Counted from the first letter of the stretch, positions 39,128 to 52,530 are shown. The stretch: 64,000 nucleotides of DNA from Octopus sinensis (GCF_006345805.1 NC_043017.1:20584001-20648000); one strand, 5' to 3'. The notes: a model not told the origin generated them from the letters alone. Translations and numbers: made by a program.

Positions 39128-39255
39128 ATAACATCAGTAAAAAAATACCTGAGGAATGAGAACCCATTCTCTAGGATTCTTCTAGGACACCTGATGAAGG
39201 CTGGGGAGTAAATCAGCTGAAACGTCTAATCTGTCTAATGTAAATGATGTAAACA
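39128..39255 (+). mobile_element. Penelope-pLTR-like repeat, family P1, with hammerhead-like core (right arm)
   Basis: ggacac-CTGATGA(39191-39197)-a-ggctg..cagct-GAAA(39219-39222)-cgtc; inverted copy of 38841-38991. Confidence 0.65.
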
Positions 39256-39955
39256 ATTGATAATCTTGTTGATATCATACGTGTGTGTTTTTTGTGTGTG
39301 TGTATGTGTCGTTGAATCAGTGTTTATCATCCATCCACCATCACATGACAATCAGTGATGGTTTGTTCACATCCCTGTAACTTAGCAGTTTGGCAAAAGA
39401 CACTGATAGAATAAGTACCAGACTGTAAAAAATATATATATATAAATCGTAAGTACTGTGGTTGATTCCTTCAACTAAAACCCTTCAAGGTGGCACCCCA
39501 GCATGGCCACAGTACAATGACTGAAACAAGTAAAAAATGAAAAAATAAGAAAATGGTGTTTCTTTTTTTTGAAGGACCAAAAACAAAACTGGAGCAGAAG
39601 ATGTATTTTATGACTTTATTTCGAGCGGGAGATCAAGCTGACATCTGTGTTTGAAACCTTATTACATGTCCTGCCCTTATTCCAAGGATTATCAAATTGT
39701 ATTTTGTAATTGAATAGAAGCACAAATCACATTTTAAGTAGACCATTCTTAAAAAGAAATTTATTGCCGAATGTCAGAACTAACTGACATTATAGCTTTT
39801 GGTAATGTTTTTTTTTCACTCATTTAATTTTTTTCAGCTGTGCTGTTATCTTTTAGAAATAATAATGATGTTCAAATTCACATACATCCCAGTGCTAGTA
39901 ATATAGATATGCATTTATATACATACATGCATGTATGCACAAATACAAATACATA

Positions 39956-39989
<34 letters not shown>

Positions 39990-40005
<16 letters not shown>

Positions 40006-40716
40006 CATGTGTATGTGTATATATATATGTGTGTATGTATGTGTGTATACACACACATTTATAGGTATGTGGGATGTGATGAACAAACATAAGAAAAAGA
40101 TAAAATGAAAGAGACATGTATATATATACACATACATACGGACATACACATATGTGTGTGTGAGAGTGTGTGTTTGTGTGTATGTATACATTAAAATTTT
40201 CAGAAAAGAATATCGCCAAAGCCCTAGAAATGACATTCATAAACTAAACAAATTTATTTTTTTTACTCTATTGAAAACAGGCTTCAAAGTATTAATTTTT
40301 GCGCAGAATATTTTCAAATCGTACATACATATATGTCATATATATATAATATATATATATATATAATATATATATATATGTATATACATGTGTATGTGTA
40401 TATATATATGTGTGTATGTATGTGTGTATACACACACATTTATAGGTATGTGGGATGTGATGAACAAACATAAGAAAAAGATAAAATGAAAGAGACATGT
40501 ATATATATACACATACATACGGACATACACATATGTGTGTGTGAGAGTGTGTGTTTGTGTGTATGTATACATTAAAATTTTCAGAAAAGAATATCGCCAA
40601 AGCCCTAGAAATGACATTCATAAACTAAACAAAATTATTTTTTTTACTCTATTGAAAACAGGCTTCAAAGTATTAATTTTTGCGCAGAATATTTTCAAAT
40701 CGTACATACATATATG

Positions 40717-40730
<14 letters not shown>
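39990..40730. repeat. Near-identical about 381-bp tandem duplication beside a gap (probable assembly artefact)
   Basis: ataggtatgtggga occurs at 40061 and 40442; the copies differ by about one base outside the (TA)n lengths. Confidence 0.8.
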
Positions 40731-40755
<25 letters not shown>

Positions 40756-40843
40756 TGCATATATGCTCTTGCACTCAGTTGCACGTTCATACACACACAC
40801 ACACACCTAACACACAAGCTGTATTCATATATATATATCATTT

Positions 40844-40943
40844 NNNNNNNNNNNNNNNNNNNNNNNNNNNNNNNNNNNNNNNNNNNNNNNNNNNNNNNNN
40901 NNNNNNNNNNNNNNNNNNNNNNNNNNNNNNNNNNNNNNNNNNN
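40844..40943. other. Assembly gap (100 N)
   Basis: Run of N. Confidence 0.99.
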
Positions 40944-41719
40944 TTGGTAGAAGAAATTATCAGACATATCAAAAGTGCTGGCGTTCAACTGATTGACTAA
41001 GCCTTTCAAGGCATAGCCCCAACATGGCCCAAACACGGCCCAAACATGTCTCCCTACATGGCTATAGTTGAAACACTGAAACAAATGAATAAATACACAA
41101 ATAAAAAGAAAGTATACACACATGCACACATATTTTCTCGTCTGAGTTTTCATGCTGGACAGGAGGCATGGCTCTCTTCATTCATTAGTATTGAGGGGCC
41201 TAGTATTTTTATTGTTTTGGATGATATGGTAATTCATCTAGGTTGTTTTTTTAATTTTTTTATATTTTTCATTTCATATATTTTATAATTTACATTTTCT
41301 ATCACTCACGAGTTCTGTTTTGTATTTCAAAGCAGCATTAAAAACATTTTCAACTCTGTTCACGCCATGAGATTGAGTAGTACTGACTTTGGTGTTAAAA
41401 CTATGAAGATATCCAATTGGTAGCTGAAGATGGGAGTTCCTTGCACTTCTAATATTGTTTTCTTCTTTTGTTCTTTCTGTTCATTACCTTTATACTTAAT
41501 TATTTTAGATTCCAAAATTACATAAAATACCTCATAAAAGTGGGTCTTTATGATAGAAGAATATAAACAGAGGGGTGATAATCTTAAATGGCAATGCACT
41601 ACATTTTGTTCAAACAGCCTTTGTAAAATAAATCAATGCAATTTGAACTCAGAATGTAGTGGCAGATGAAATACTGCAAAGCAGTTTTTCTGGCATACTT
41701 ACTTACTTCTTTTTTTTTT

Positions 41720-41925
41720 TTTACTTTTTTACTTCTTTCAGTCATTTGACTGCGGCCATGCTGGAGCACCGCCTTTTAGTCGAGCAAATCGACCCTGGGA
41801 CTTATTCTTTGTAAGTCCAGTACTTATTCTATCGGTCTCTTTTGCCGAACCGCTAAGTGACGGGGACGTAAACACACCAGCATCAGTTGTCAAGCAATGC
41901 TAGGGAGACAAACACAGACACACAA

Positions 41926-41980
<55 letters not shown>

Positions 41981-42047
41981 CATATATACGACAGGCTTCT
42001 TTCAGTTTCCGTATACCAAATCCACTCACAAGGCTTTGGTCGGCCCG
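41720..42047 (-). mobile_element. SINE family A, 5'-truncated
   Basis: Reverse complement of the family A body and tail. Confidence 0.8.
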
Positions 42048-43194
42048 ATTCTGTCAGCTTGCCACCTTAATATATAATATATATAATGTAAGTTATATGT
42101 CTAAATATTCGTAAAACACACTATGCACACACAAAGAGCCATCATTCTAAACGGTTTGCACTGCGATGCGACTTCCTTCATCAACTTCTTTCTGGCTATT
42201 AATTTAATTTTCAGTTCTCTATTTCCACATCTGTTACATATATAACACATACAACACACACAGCAACAACAATACTGCCTGTGAAAACTGAGAAATATTC
42301 CATTGTTAACCTCATACAATCCTTTATAAAATGCTAACAACAATTCAAGTATCCAGAGTTGAAATATTTCTTGGTCTGAACAACAAGAATAGCAGTCTTT
42401 CAGGATTCAAATTTTTTGTCTCATATTGCAAATGTAAGACCAGCGGGAAAGATCTCCAACAATTGTGATTCATACTATTTGCAGTCAATAGTTTTAATTT
42501 CATAATAATTTCGGTTTTAATTCTAAATTTTAAAACTTATTGTAATTACCATGTTCTTGTGTTCAGTATGACGCATCGGATGTTATGTAAAAATGACTTC
42601 TCTTCTGTTTTGCTCCCTGCGTTGTTTTGACAATGTGGTTGTGGTTAATGTCAGAGGTGGTGGTGGTGGTGTTGATAGTGCAGGCATTAGTGGTGTGGTG
42701 TTGATGATGATGGTGGTGGTGGTGGGGGTGTTGATAGTGCAGGCATTAGTGGTGTGGTGTTGATGGCGATGGTGGTGGTGGAGCAGTCGTTGTTGGCAGT
42801 GTCATTGTAGCTGTCGGTGTTGGTGTTGGTGGCATTGAAGCTGGTGGTGGTAATAGTGGTGGTGGTGTTGTTGATGTTGGTGATGGTAGTGGTGGCAGTG
42901 ATGTTGTTGTTGTTATTGTTAGTGGTGGTGGTGATGTTAGTTTTTCAAGGCAGACTTGAAATAAGGTTGTCATTTGAAAAAGACATGTTTAAAACTGACA
43001 TATCAATTAATTAAATATGTGAGTACATAGAGAGGAATGTGAGAGAGAGTACTCACTCACCCAAACGCACACATTTGTTATTTATACATACATCCTCATA
43101 CAAATACACACACATACATAAACATACATACACACAAATACATATATATTGATACATAAAACCATATATATATTTATATATATATATATATATA

Positions 43195-43880
43195 GGTGCA
43201 GGAGTGGCTGTGTTGTAAGTAGCTTGCTTACCAACCACATGGTTCCAGGTTCAGTCCCACTGCATGACACCTTGGGCAAGTGTCTTCTACTATAGCCTTG
43301 GGTCAACTGAAGCTTTGTAAGTGGATTTGGTAGACAGAAACTAAAAGAAGCCCATTGTGTGTGTATATATATATATATATATATACCTGAAAAATGTAAT
43401 ATGTGACAATTATTTGGTAGCCATGATAAAACTCTGAGTTTCGGATGTCAGGAAATCCATGCCATCATCTTTCCAATGGCCAGAAAACTGAATAGATGGT
43501 GGCCTTGATTTTCTACCTCAGCATCCGAAACTTGGAGTTTTATCCTGACTACTGAATAATTGTCACATTACATTTACAGATAAACTCCTCTATTTACATA
43601 ATATTGAGGTCTCTTTCATTCTTTTGCTGTCTTACCATTTTTATCAATATATATATATATATATGTATGTATGTATGTATATATTTATGTCTGTGTTTAT
43701 CCCTGCAACATCGCTGGGTAACTGATGCTGGTGTGTTTACGTCCCAGTAACTTACCAGTTCAGCAAAAGAGACCGATAGAATAAGTACTAGACTTACAAA
43801 GAATAAGTCCTGGGGTCGATTTGCTCGACTATAGGCAGTGCTCCAGCATGACCACAGTCAAATGAATGAAACAAATAAAA
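43195..43880 (+). mobile_element. SINE family A with a P3 element inserted in its internal (TA)n
   Basis: Head at 43195-43358 and 3' half at about 43686-43880. Confidence 0.8.
43386..43650 (+). mobile_element. Foldback repeat, family P3, with hammerhead-like core
   Basis: About 50-bp inverted arms (43397-43447 and 43522-43569); gaaaa-CTGAATA-gatg..catc-c-GAAA-cttggagt-t-ttatc; the right part is the reverse complement of 17795-17866. Confidence 0.7.
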
Positions 43881-43908
43881 GCACATAAAAGAAGGAACAC
43901 ATACACAT

Positions 43909-43943
<35 letters not shown>

Positions 43944-45147
43944 ATATATACATACATACATACACACATATATATATGTACATATATGTACTTATGCAGA
44001 TGTAACTATAAAAGTAAATGCATAATTCTACCTACATATATGTATATACAATTGTATATTATATATATATATATATAGGTACAATATGTGTGTGTATCAG
44101 ATATGCTCATATACGTATATGTGTATTTTTGTGTGTGCATGTATGAATGTATATATATACACACACACACACATCTAGTTACATATGAATATGCATACAT
44201 ATGTGTACATATGTGATACACACACACACATGCACACTGAGACAAAAGCAGGTTTTAATGTCAACAAGCACGAACCAACGGTTATCCCTCTAGGCTTTAG
44301 TTATGAAGATTATATTACAACAAATGGAAAATGTTAAAAGGCAACAAAAAAAGGACGAAAAACAGAAAAAACAACTAAAAGGCACAAAGGAAAAAAAAAC
44401 AAAACAAAATATTAAAAAAAAATTCCTCACAGCAACAACAACCTAAAGAAAAATAGAAAAAAAAACCATACATGTGAAAAGTACTACAGTTTAAACATTA
44501 ATTCCCTGGAAACAATTCTAGCATATTGCCGTATTCCGCTGTTTGATATACAGATCTCTTTAATGTTTAGAGGTGAACGGTTTATATCATTAGCTAATAT
44601 CATTTTTTAACTGGTAACAATATCACAGTTCTTACTATTGTCAGCTTATAGCTCCATAAACTAGACTCGGGGTTTAATCTAGGACACAAGGACTTGTGGT
44701 GTATAGTTTTATATTGTATTGATAGGCAATGACCAACTGTAGATTAAAAAAGCATTTGGTAAATTGCCAACTACTTTCATATATATTTGTGGACAAATTC
44801 TGGTCAAGTGTACTTTAGTTTGTATCGATTTGAGGCATGGATGCATTTAATTGAATAGCATATGTACCTCAGGTAATAGGGGAAAACTTGCAGAACTGTT
44901 ATTTGGAATGGTCTGTGACCGTAAAACATTTGGTTAACTGCTGACCACTTAAATATATATGTTTGTGGATAAATTCTAGTGAAGTGTGGTTTGATTTGCA
45001 TCCCTTTGCAGCATTGATAAATTAAACTGAATACTATACAGCTCAGGTATGAGGCAAACCTTGCAGTACTTGGTCTCCGTGGGTTCCTTTGTGACTTATT
45101 GTGTGCCATATCTAATGCCATTGTCATGTGGTGGTTCTTGCTGCTGC

Positions 45148-45563
45148 AAGGCGGCGAGCTGGCAGAAACATTAGCACACCGGGCGAAATGCTTAGCGGTA
45201 TTTCGTCTGCCGTTACGTTCCGAGTTCAAATTCCGCTGAGGTCGACTTTACCTTTCATCCTCTCGGGGTTGATTAAATAAGTACCAGTTATGCACTGTGG
45301 TCGATATAATCAACTTAATCCGTTTGTCTGTCCTGGTTTGTCCTCTCTGTGTTTAGCCCCTTGTGGGTAGTAGAGAAATTGGTATTTCGTCTGTCGTTAC
45401 ATTGTGAGTTCAAATTCTGCCGAAGTTGACTTTGCCTTTCATCCTTTGGGGTCGATTAAATAAGTACCAATTACGCACTGGGGTCGATATAATTGACTTA
45501 ATCCGTTTGTCTGTCCTTGTTTGTCCTCTCTGTGTTTAGCCCCTTGTGGGTAATAAAGAAATA
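45148..45563 (+). mobile_element. Two tandem SINE family C copies (second 5'-truncated)
   Basis: Both end ttgtcctctctgtgtttagccccttgtgggta(g/a)ta(g/a)agaaat. Confidence 0.85.
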
Positions 45564-46379
45564 GGTTCTTGCTGCTGCTTGGTTCTGTCATACATATATA
45601 TGTTGATGATGATGATGATATTTGTGAGGTCGTATGCAATGAGGCAACAATATCATATGAACTATTAATCGTGATTCTATTTACACTGCACAAGTCACAT
45701 TTTGAGTTGGTTGACAATGATAATCTTCAAACCAAGTGAACCCATCTATTGGAAATACCATGTAACACGTATGTTAAGCCGAATACAAAGACTTAGTACT
45801 AGAGCTTCAATAAACGTTAGAATCTGCACACATCAGTTCATATCTGCCAGAGATAACATATATCCAGGTTGAGCATGGAGTCATTGAAACAACTATTTTG
45901 ATGGCAAGGAAGTGTGTGAAGTTCACTACTGTTTCGTACACACTAAAAGTTGGTGCTCAAACAAATCCCATTTATAACCCTTGTATCGAGAACATTCTAG
46001 AAGGGTCTTGAATGATCTATCATGAGAAAACCAGGCATTGATTGGTTAATGACTCAGTCTTTTACATAAACAGGGTTGAGCAATGTTCTGCTTAAACTCC
46101 ATAATGTAGCAACTCAGTTTTGAGCCAGCCTTGCTACTCCATGTTTATATACCAGTATACCAGATTTTCCTGAATAATGTGAGCTGTACAATATGGTAGA
46201 GCAGTGCTAGCAGTCATTTGAAAGTGAGTACAACTTGGAAACATGTACCATGCTGTCACAAATTGTTTTAGATGCCTATACTATTCCTTACAGACACAGG
46301 CACTTTCTCTTGTACTATTGGATTGTACTGACCAATGCCTTGTGAGTGGATTTGGGAGACAGAAACTGAAAGAAGCCTG

Positions 46380-46424
<45 letters not shown>

Positions 46425-47049
46425 GTGTGTGTGTGTCTTTGTGGAAGTGTTTGTGTCCCTATCACTGCTTGACAACTGGTGTTGTGCTGTTATCACTCCA
46501 TAACTTAGCAGTTTAGCAAGAGACTAACAGAATAAGTATTAGACTTTAAAAAATAAATCCTGGAGACGATTTGTCCGAACAAGACCCTTTAAGGGGGTGC
46601 TCCAGCATGGCCACAGTCAAATGACTGAAACAAATAAAAGAGTATATTTTAACAGAAATATGGCAACAAAAGACACAATATAGAGGGCATTAGCATTCTA
46701 ACTAAAAATTGCTATGCAGGGAAGAGAAAAAAAGAACGCTATTAGCCATTTTCTGATATTTCTATTTTTCTGGCTATAATGGGAGACAACTCCGGACATA
46801 TTCAAGCCTTATGCTGACTTTGTCAGCAAAATACTAATTCCAACGTACTTGCCAAAGTAATTATGTGAGATTGTGCATGAAGTTTGTGAAGGAAATAGAA
46901 ACTTGTCGAGGAAATTAAATAATTTGGATGGTGACTTTGAATTGTGTTGATTTAAGACCAGGCTACAGAATTACAGCTTTACAAAGTTAGTTTAGACATG
47001 ATGGTGTGCACAGTGGGACCCCCAGCAAGTCATGTGCATTTACATACAT

Positions 47050-47057
47050 TAGTGTAT

Positions 47058-47131
<74 letters not shown>

Positions 47132-47354
47132 GTGTGTGTGTGTATATATATATGTATATATATGTATGTGTGTATATATGTATGTATGTGTGTGTGTATA
47201 TATTGATATATATATATATGTGTGTGTGTGTGTATATTGATATATATAAATGTATATATGTATAAATATATATATATATATATACATATGTGTATATATG
47301 TATATATATGTGTGTGTATATATATATATATGTATTTATATATATATATATATA

Positions 47355-47403
<49 letters not shown>

Positions 47404-47455
47404 CAAAATATATGAACACACACACATATGCATATATATTAATTTTTTCGATATG

Positions 47456-47486
<31 letters not shown>

Positions 47487-48307
47487 TATATGTGTAAATA
47501 TAAACTAATATTATACACACAAAGATATATATATAGAGAGACTGATATCAACGTAACTAGACACATAAATGCACCGGATATCAACAAATGTGTACCAGTA
47601 GGTGTGTAAGTGAGTGTATGTGCAGATGTGCATAGGTGTGTGTGTGTGTGCATGCATATTATTGTAGAGATGCATTTGAGCATTATATGCGACAAACTGT
47701 ATACATGTCTAGGTTATAAACTATAATGAAAACTAATCATTTCCTTTCAGTGAAATATTTGTCAAATTTATAGAAATATGGGCCTGAGAAGAAGCAAAAA
47801 AAACCCCAAAAAACACTGTAAAAAACAAACAAACATAAACAAAACAAAAACCAAACCATGTTATGTTGTATGTGAACTAAAAGATTAATGAGGTATATCT
47901 CCAGGAATATTTAAAACTCAATCGAATCACGTGGAGCATTCTTCTATGTTCAGATCTCGTTTGAAACAGGAAATATTCTTAAATAATTAATTGGATTACA
48001 GATTAACTAACTGTTTTTATTTCCTTCTGTTTTTATTTATGATTGTCAACACACACACACACACACACATATCAATGTATATATGTATATATATATGTAT
48101 ATGTGTATATATATATATGTGTGTGTGTATATATATATATATAATATATATATGTGTGTGTGTGTATATATATATATATATGTATATATATTATATATAT
48201 GTGTATATATATATATGTATATATATATAAATTGTATATATATATATGTATATTATATAATGTATATATATATGTATATATATATTATATATATGTATAT
48301 ATATATG

Positions 48308-48356
<49 letters not shown>

Positions 48357-48410
48357 ATATATATATGTATATCTATATATATATGTGTATTTATATATAT
48401 ATATATATTG
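47050..48410. repeat. Long (TA)n-rich tracts
   Basis: Directly visible at about 47050-47530 and 48050-48410. Confidence 0.9.
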
Positions 48411-48821
48411 TTTTTTCTCTTTCGTTCCCTCCTCCTCCCTATTCTCATTATATGAAAAAAACCTGTTTCTTTACATAGCGAATTATTTGCTGATATTTCA
48501 TTTCATGAGATTTTGTATATTGAGGAATCAGGAGTGAATGTGCACCGTTTTGTAGAAGCTGCAGTATCGATTATCTTCCTGAACACACACACACACACAC
48601 ACTCACACACACATGCGCACGTGCGTTTTGCTTTTGGTTGTGGCAAACATGGTCAGTTTTACAACTTGTCAACTGTACAGCATATATATTTATCGTCAAT
48701 AACACTCAGTTATGTTTTACAGGGTTACCATTGATCTTTTACACGGTGTGTGTCTAGCTTTCCAAAACTGCTCCCAAAACTTAATGAGATGCATAGGTTC
48801 ATAGGTGCAGGCATGGCTTAT

Positions 48822-49150
48822 AGGTGCAGGCGTGGCTGTGTACTAGGAAGCTTGTTCCCCAACCTTGTGCTTCCTGGTTCAGTTCCAATGTGTGACACCT
48901 TGGGTAAGTGCGTGCCTTCTACGATAATCTCTGGCCAACCAAAGCCTTGTGAGTGGATTTTGTCGACAGAAACTGAAGAAAGACCATTGTATATATGCAT
49001 GTGTGCATGCATGCTTGTGTGTGCATATATATATCTATATATCTGTATTTGTTCCCCATCACCAACTGAAATCTGTGTTAAGGTGTTTACATCTCTGCAA
49101 CTTTGTGGTTCAGCAAAAGAGACTGATAGAATAAGGGATATTTACTCAAA
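48822..49150 (+). mobile_element. SINE family A (degenerate)
   Basis: ggtgcaggcgtggctgtgtac head and cagcaaaagagactgatagaataag body. Confidence 0.7.
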
Positions 49151-49688
49151 GAAGATCAAGGCTCCTTCAATGTTGTTGTACAACCGTAACTCATCTTGAT
49201 GTTGTTCCTATCAAAATCCTTATTATATGATTTCTCAGAAAGTGATTTTTTTTCATAAACTAAAAGCAATGTTTAGTAATGACACCTGTATTCAAATTAA
49301 GGCTGAATGGTACACTGAGCCCCGTTATTTTGCAGTTTTAAAGTAAATTAGGGAGAAGGAGAAAATATGATGCAGACATGACACTGTGGTTAAAAAAACT
49401 CACTTTGCAACCATGAGGTTTCAGGTTCAGTCCCATTGCACGGCACTTTGACCAAGCATCTTCTATTATAACATAAATATTGTCAATGTCTTGTGAGTGA
49501 ATTTTGTTGATGGAAGCTGTGTGGAAACCCATCGTATATACCATCATCATCATCACTATCGTTTAACGTCCGTTTTCCATGCTGGCATGGGTTGGACGGT
49601 TTGACTGCACCAGGCTCCAATCTGATCTGGCAATGTTTCTACAGCTGGATGCCCTTCCTAATGCCAACCACTCCGAGTGTGTAGTGGA

Positions 49689-49726
<38 letters not shown>

Positions 49727-51443
49727 ATGTGTGTCTTTGTGTTTGTCACCTGCCACCATTTGACAACCATTATTGGCTTGCTTACATGTCCCTCTAACTT
49801 AGTGGTTTGGCAAAAGACACTGACAGAGTAAGTACTAGACTTAGAAATAAATACTGTAGTTGATTTATTTGATTAAGATCCTGTAAAGCACTGCTCCAGT
49901 GTGGCCACAGTTGAATGATCGAAACAAGTAAATAGATAACAGAAAAGGCAAAAAACAAAAAAAAAGATTAAGATCTGGGAGCCTTTATATGGTACAACCT
50001 GCTAGAAATAACAGTGAAAATCTCTTCGAAATCATAGTTTACCATTTTGAAAGAAGAATGACACACTGGATAATGTGGCCCTATGTATGCTCTCAGGGGA
50101 TGGCTATGACTGGATTGCATTGAGGGATGGCTTGCAAAGCAGCAGCAGCAACAGAGTATGATTTCTTTTTATCTATTTAATATCCCATGTCCAAAAAAGC
50201 CCTGATATCTCTCTGAGGCACGCATCATCTAATGGCAACAATGACCAAGAAAATATCTTTCTCACTGACATATACACACATATAATATATGCACCTGCAC
50301 TCGCACTCTGCCGCACATACATTCACATACACACACACACACACTCACACATTCACATATGCACACACATTCATACATTCACGTACGCTCACACACATTC
50401 ATACATTCATGCGTACGCACACACACATGCATACACATGCATTCATACACATACATTCATACATTCACACACACATACATTCACAGACACACATTAACAC
50501 ACTGATACATTCACACATACACATGCATACGCATGCATTCATACCTTCACACACACATTCATACATTCACACACACATACATTCACAGACACACACATTT
50601 ACACACACACACAATAACACACTGATGCATTCACACATACACATGCGTACGCATGCATTCATACCTTCACACAAACACACATTCACACACACATTCATGC
50701 ATTCACACACACACATATCCCAAGATCAGTGTTTGCTGTGACAAACCCCACTCAGGCCTTCCAATGTCAAAAAGAGCAGATTACAGATTTCTGCTAGGGT
50801 TTCAGATTGCACAGATTTCCCCCTGGTAAAGTAGTGGACCTTGCTAGAAAACCAATGACTAACCACATCAGGTTACAACCACTACGTGAAAAAGGAAGGG
50901 GTGGGCAGGTGGAGAGGATTTAGGTGGTTGCTTGATGTCTTCTATTTTTTTTTCCATCTTTATTTGTTTGAGTCATGCTCCATAGGAACGTTGGTGTAGC
51001 ATGGCTGAATGGTTAGGGTGTTTGCTTCCTAAAACATAAGATTCTCAGTTCAATCCTACAGCATGTCATCTTGGACAAATATCACTTATTTTTTTATAGC
51101 TTGACCCGGCCACTATGAATAAGTGTTCATGTATGTGAGTGTGTGTGTGTGTGTGTGTGCGCGGGTGTATTTGTATGTGTGTGTGTGTGTACACATGATA
51201 AACAGACATACACATATTAAGAGAAAAGGCCATTGTTGAAAATGATGTTGCTTTAATAATCAGTGATGGTTTCTTAAGATGGCAGCATGGAATTTTGTCA
51301 GTGAACAGGTCGCGGTCTAAGAGCGACAAAAACATTTTGACAAATTAAATTTAAATGTTGGAGTGAATCTAACAGTTTTTGTATGTTTTCTTAAATGGCT
51401 TATAAACACCTTCCACGCTGCTATTGTTTATATATATCTATCC

Positions 51444-51616
51444 TCATCATCATCATCATCATTTAGCATCCGCTTTCCATGCTAGCATGGGTTGGACGGT
51501 TCAACTGGGGTCTGTGAAGCTGGAAGGCTTCATCAGGCCCAGTCAGATCTGGCAGTGTTTCTACGGCTGGATGCCCTTCCTAACGCCAACCACTCCGTGA
51601 GCGTAGTGGGTGCTTA
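51444..51616 (-). mobile_element. SINE-like repeat, family B
   Basis: Same family as 6993-7232. Confidence 0.75.
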
Positions 51617-52042
51617 TCTATATCTATATCTATCTATCTATATATATATATCATTGCTATTATGCAAAAGTGTCGTAAGTCCAAAACGTTGCTTCTTCAG
51701 AAAATGGAAAAAATAGTTTCACCATTCCATTTCTTTTTCCATTAGCAACCGTTTCAGCTTAGCAATAATACTTTGTTGGGTGCATAAAATCCTAACTCCA
51801 TGCATATATGATGTTTTCAATCAGAAATATTTTAGCAAAACTGTTGTTATGTAAGACTTACTACACTTTTGAAAAATGCTAAACCATTATACTATACTTT
51901 GACAATTTTCATATCTTGGCATCTGAAGAAGCTGGAGATATAATAGTTTGACCAAAAGAACCAGTTATTGCAAGCAAAATTATATATTGAAAAAAAAACC
52001 CGCATTTGGCCAAATTTGGACATATGACAGTTTAACATAATA

Positions 52043-52270
52043 GCAACGATATATATATAACGGGAAGGCTTACAAAAATAAACAAAAGACGAAGGCAGGT
52101 GGAGTACAAACACACAAATGATTAGCATGGCGCTCAGGAATAGAAATAGAACAAGTCTTTTACGTTTTGAGCCTACGCTCTTCAACAGAAAGATACATAG
52201 AAAAAAAAACAAGGAGAGAGACAAGGAGAGAAAAAAATGTGTGTAGGAGCTAACAGTCTATCATGGCGTT
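52043..52270 (-). mobile_element. Penelope-pLTR-like repeat, family P2, with hammerhead-like core
   Basis: Minus strand 52193-52156: tcttt-CTGTTGA-a-gagc-gtag-gctc-AAAA-cgta-aaaga. Confidence 0.55.
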
Positions 52271-52490
52271 CAATTTAAATACATGACCAAAAGAGCAACT
52301 GATAGTTTCATGCTTTTATAGTACTTGAACAGGCATGTGTATTTTATGAACATGCCTGTTCAAGTATCATAAAATTATGTAGCTATTAGTAGCTCTTTAG
52401 GTCATGTATTTGAATGAATATTTATCTCTCACTCATGGAGCACTTGTTCTGTTGACTGTACCTGTATTGGATCCATAAGCTCTCTCACTT

Positions 52491-52529
<39 letters not shown>

Positions 52530-52530
52530 C

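Noticed and set aside
39990-40730. Recent biological tandem duplication
   Set aside because: Near-identical copies bounded by (TA)n within about 110 bp of a 100-N gap are more simply explained as a contig-end assembly artefact; long reads would decide.
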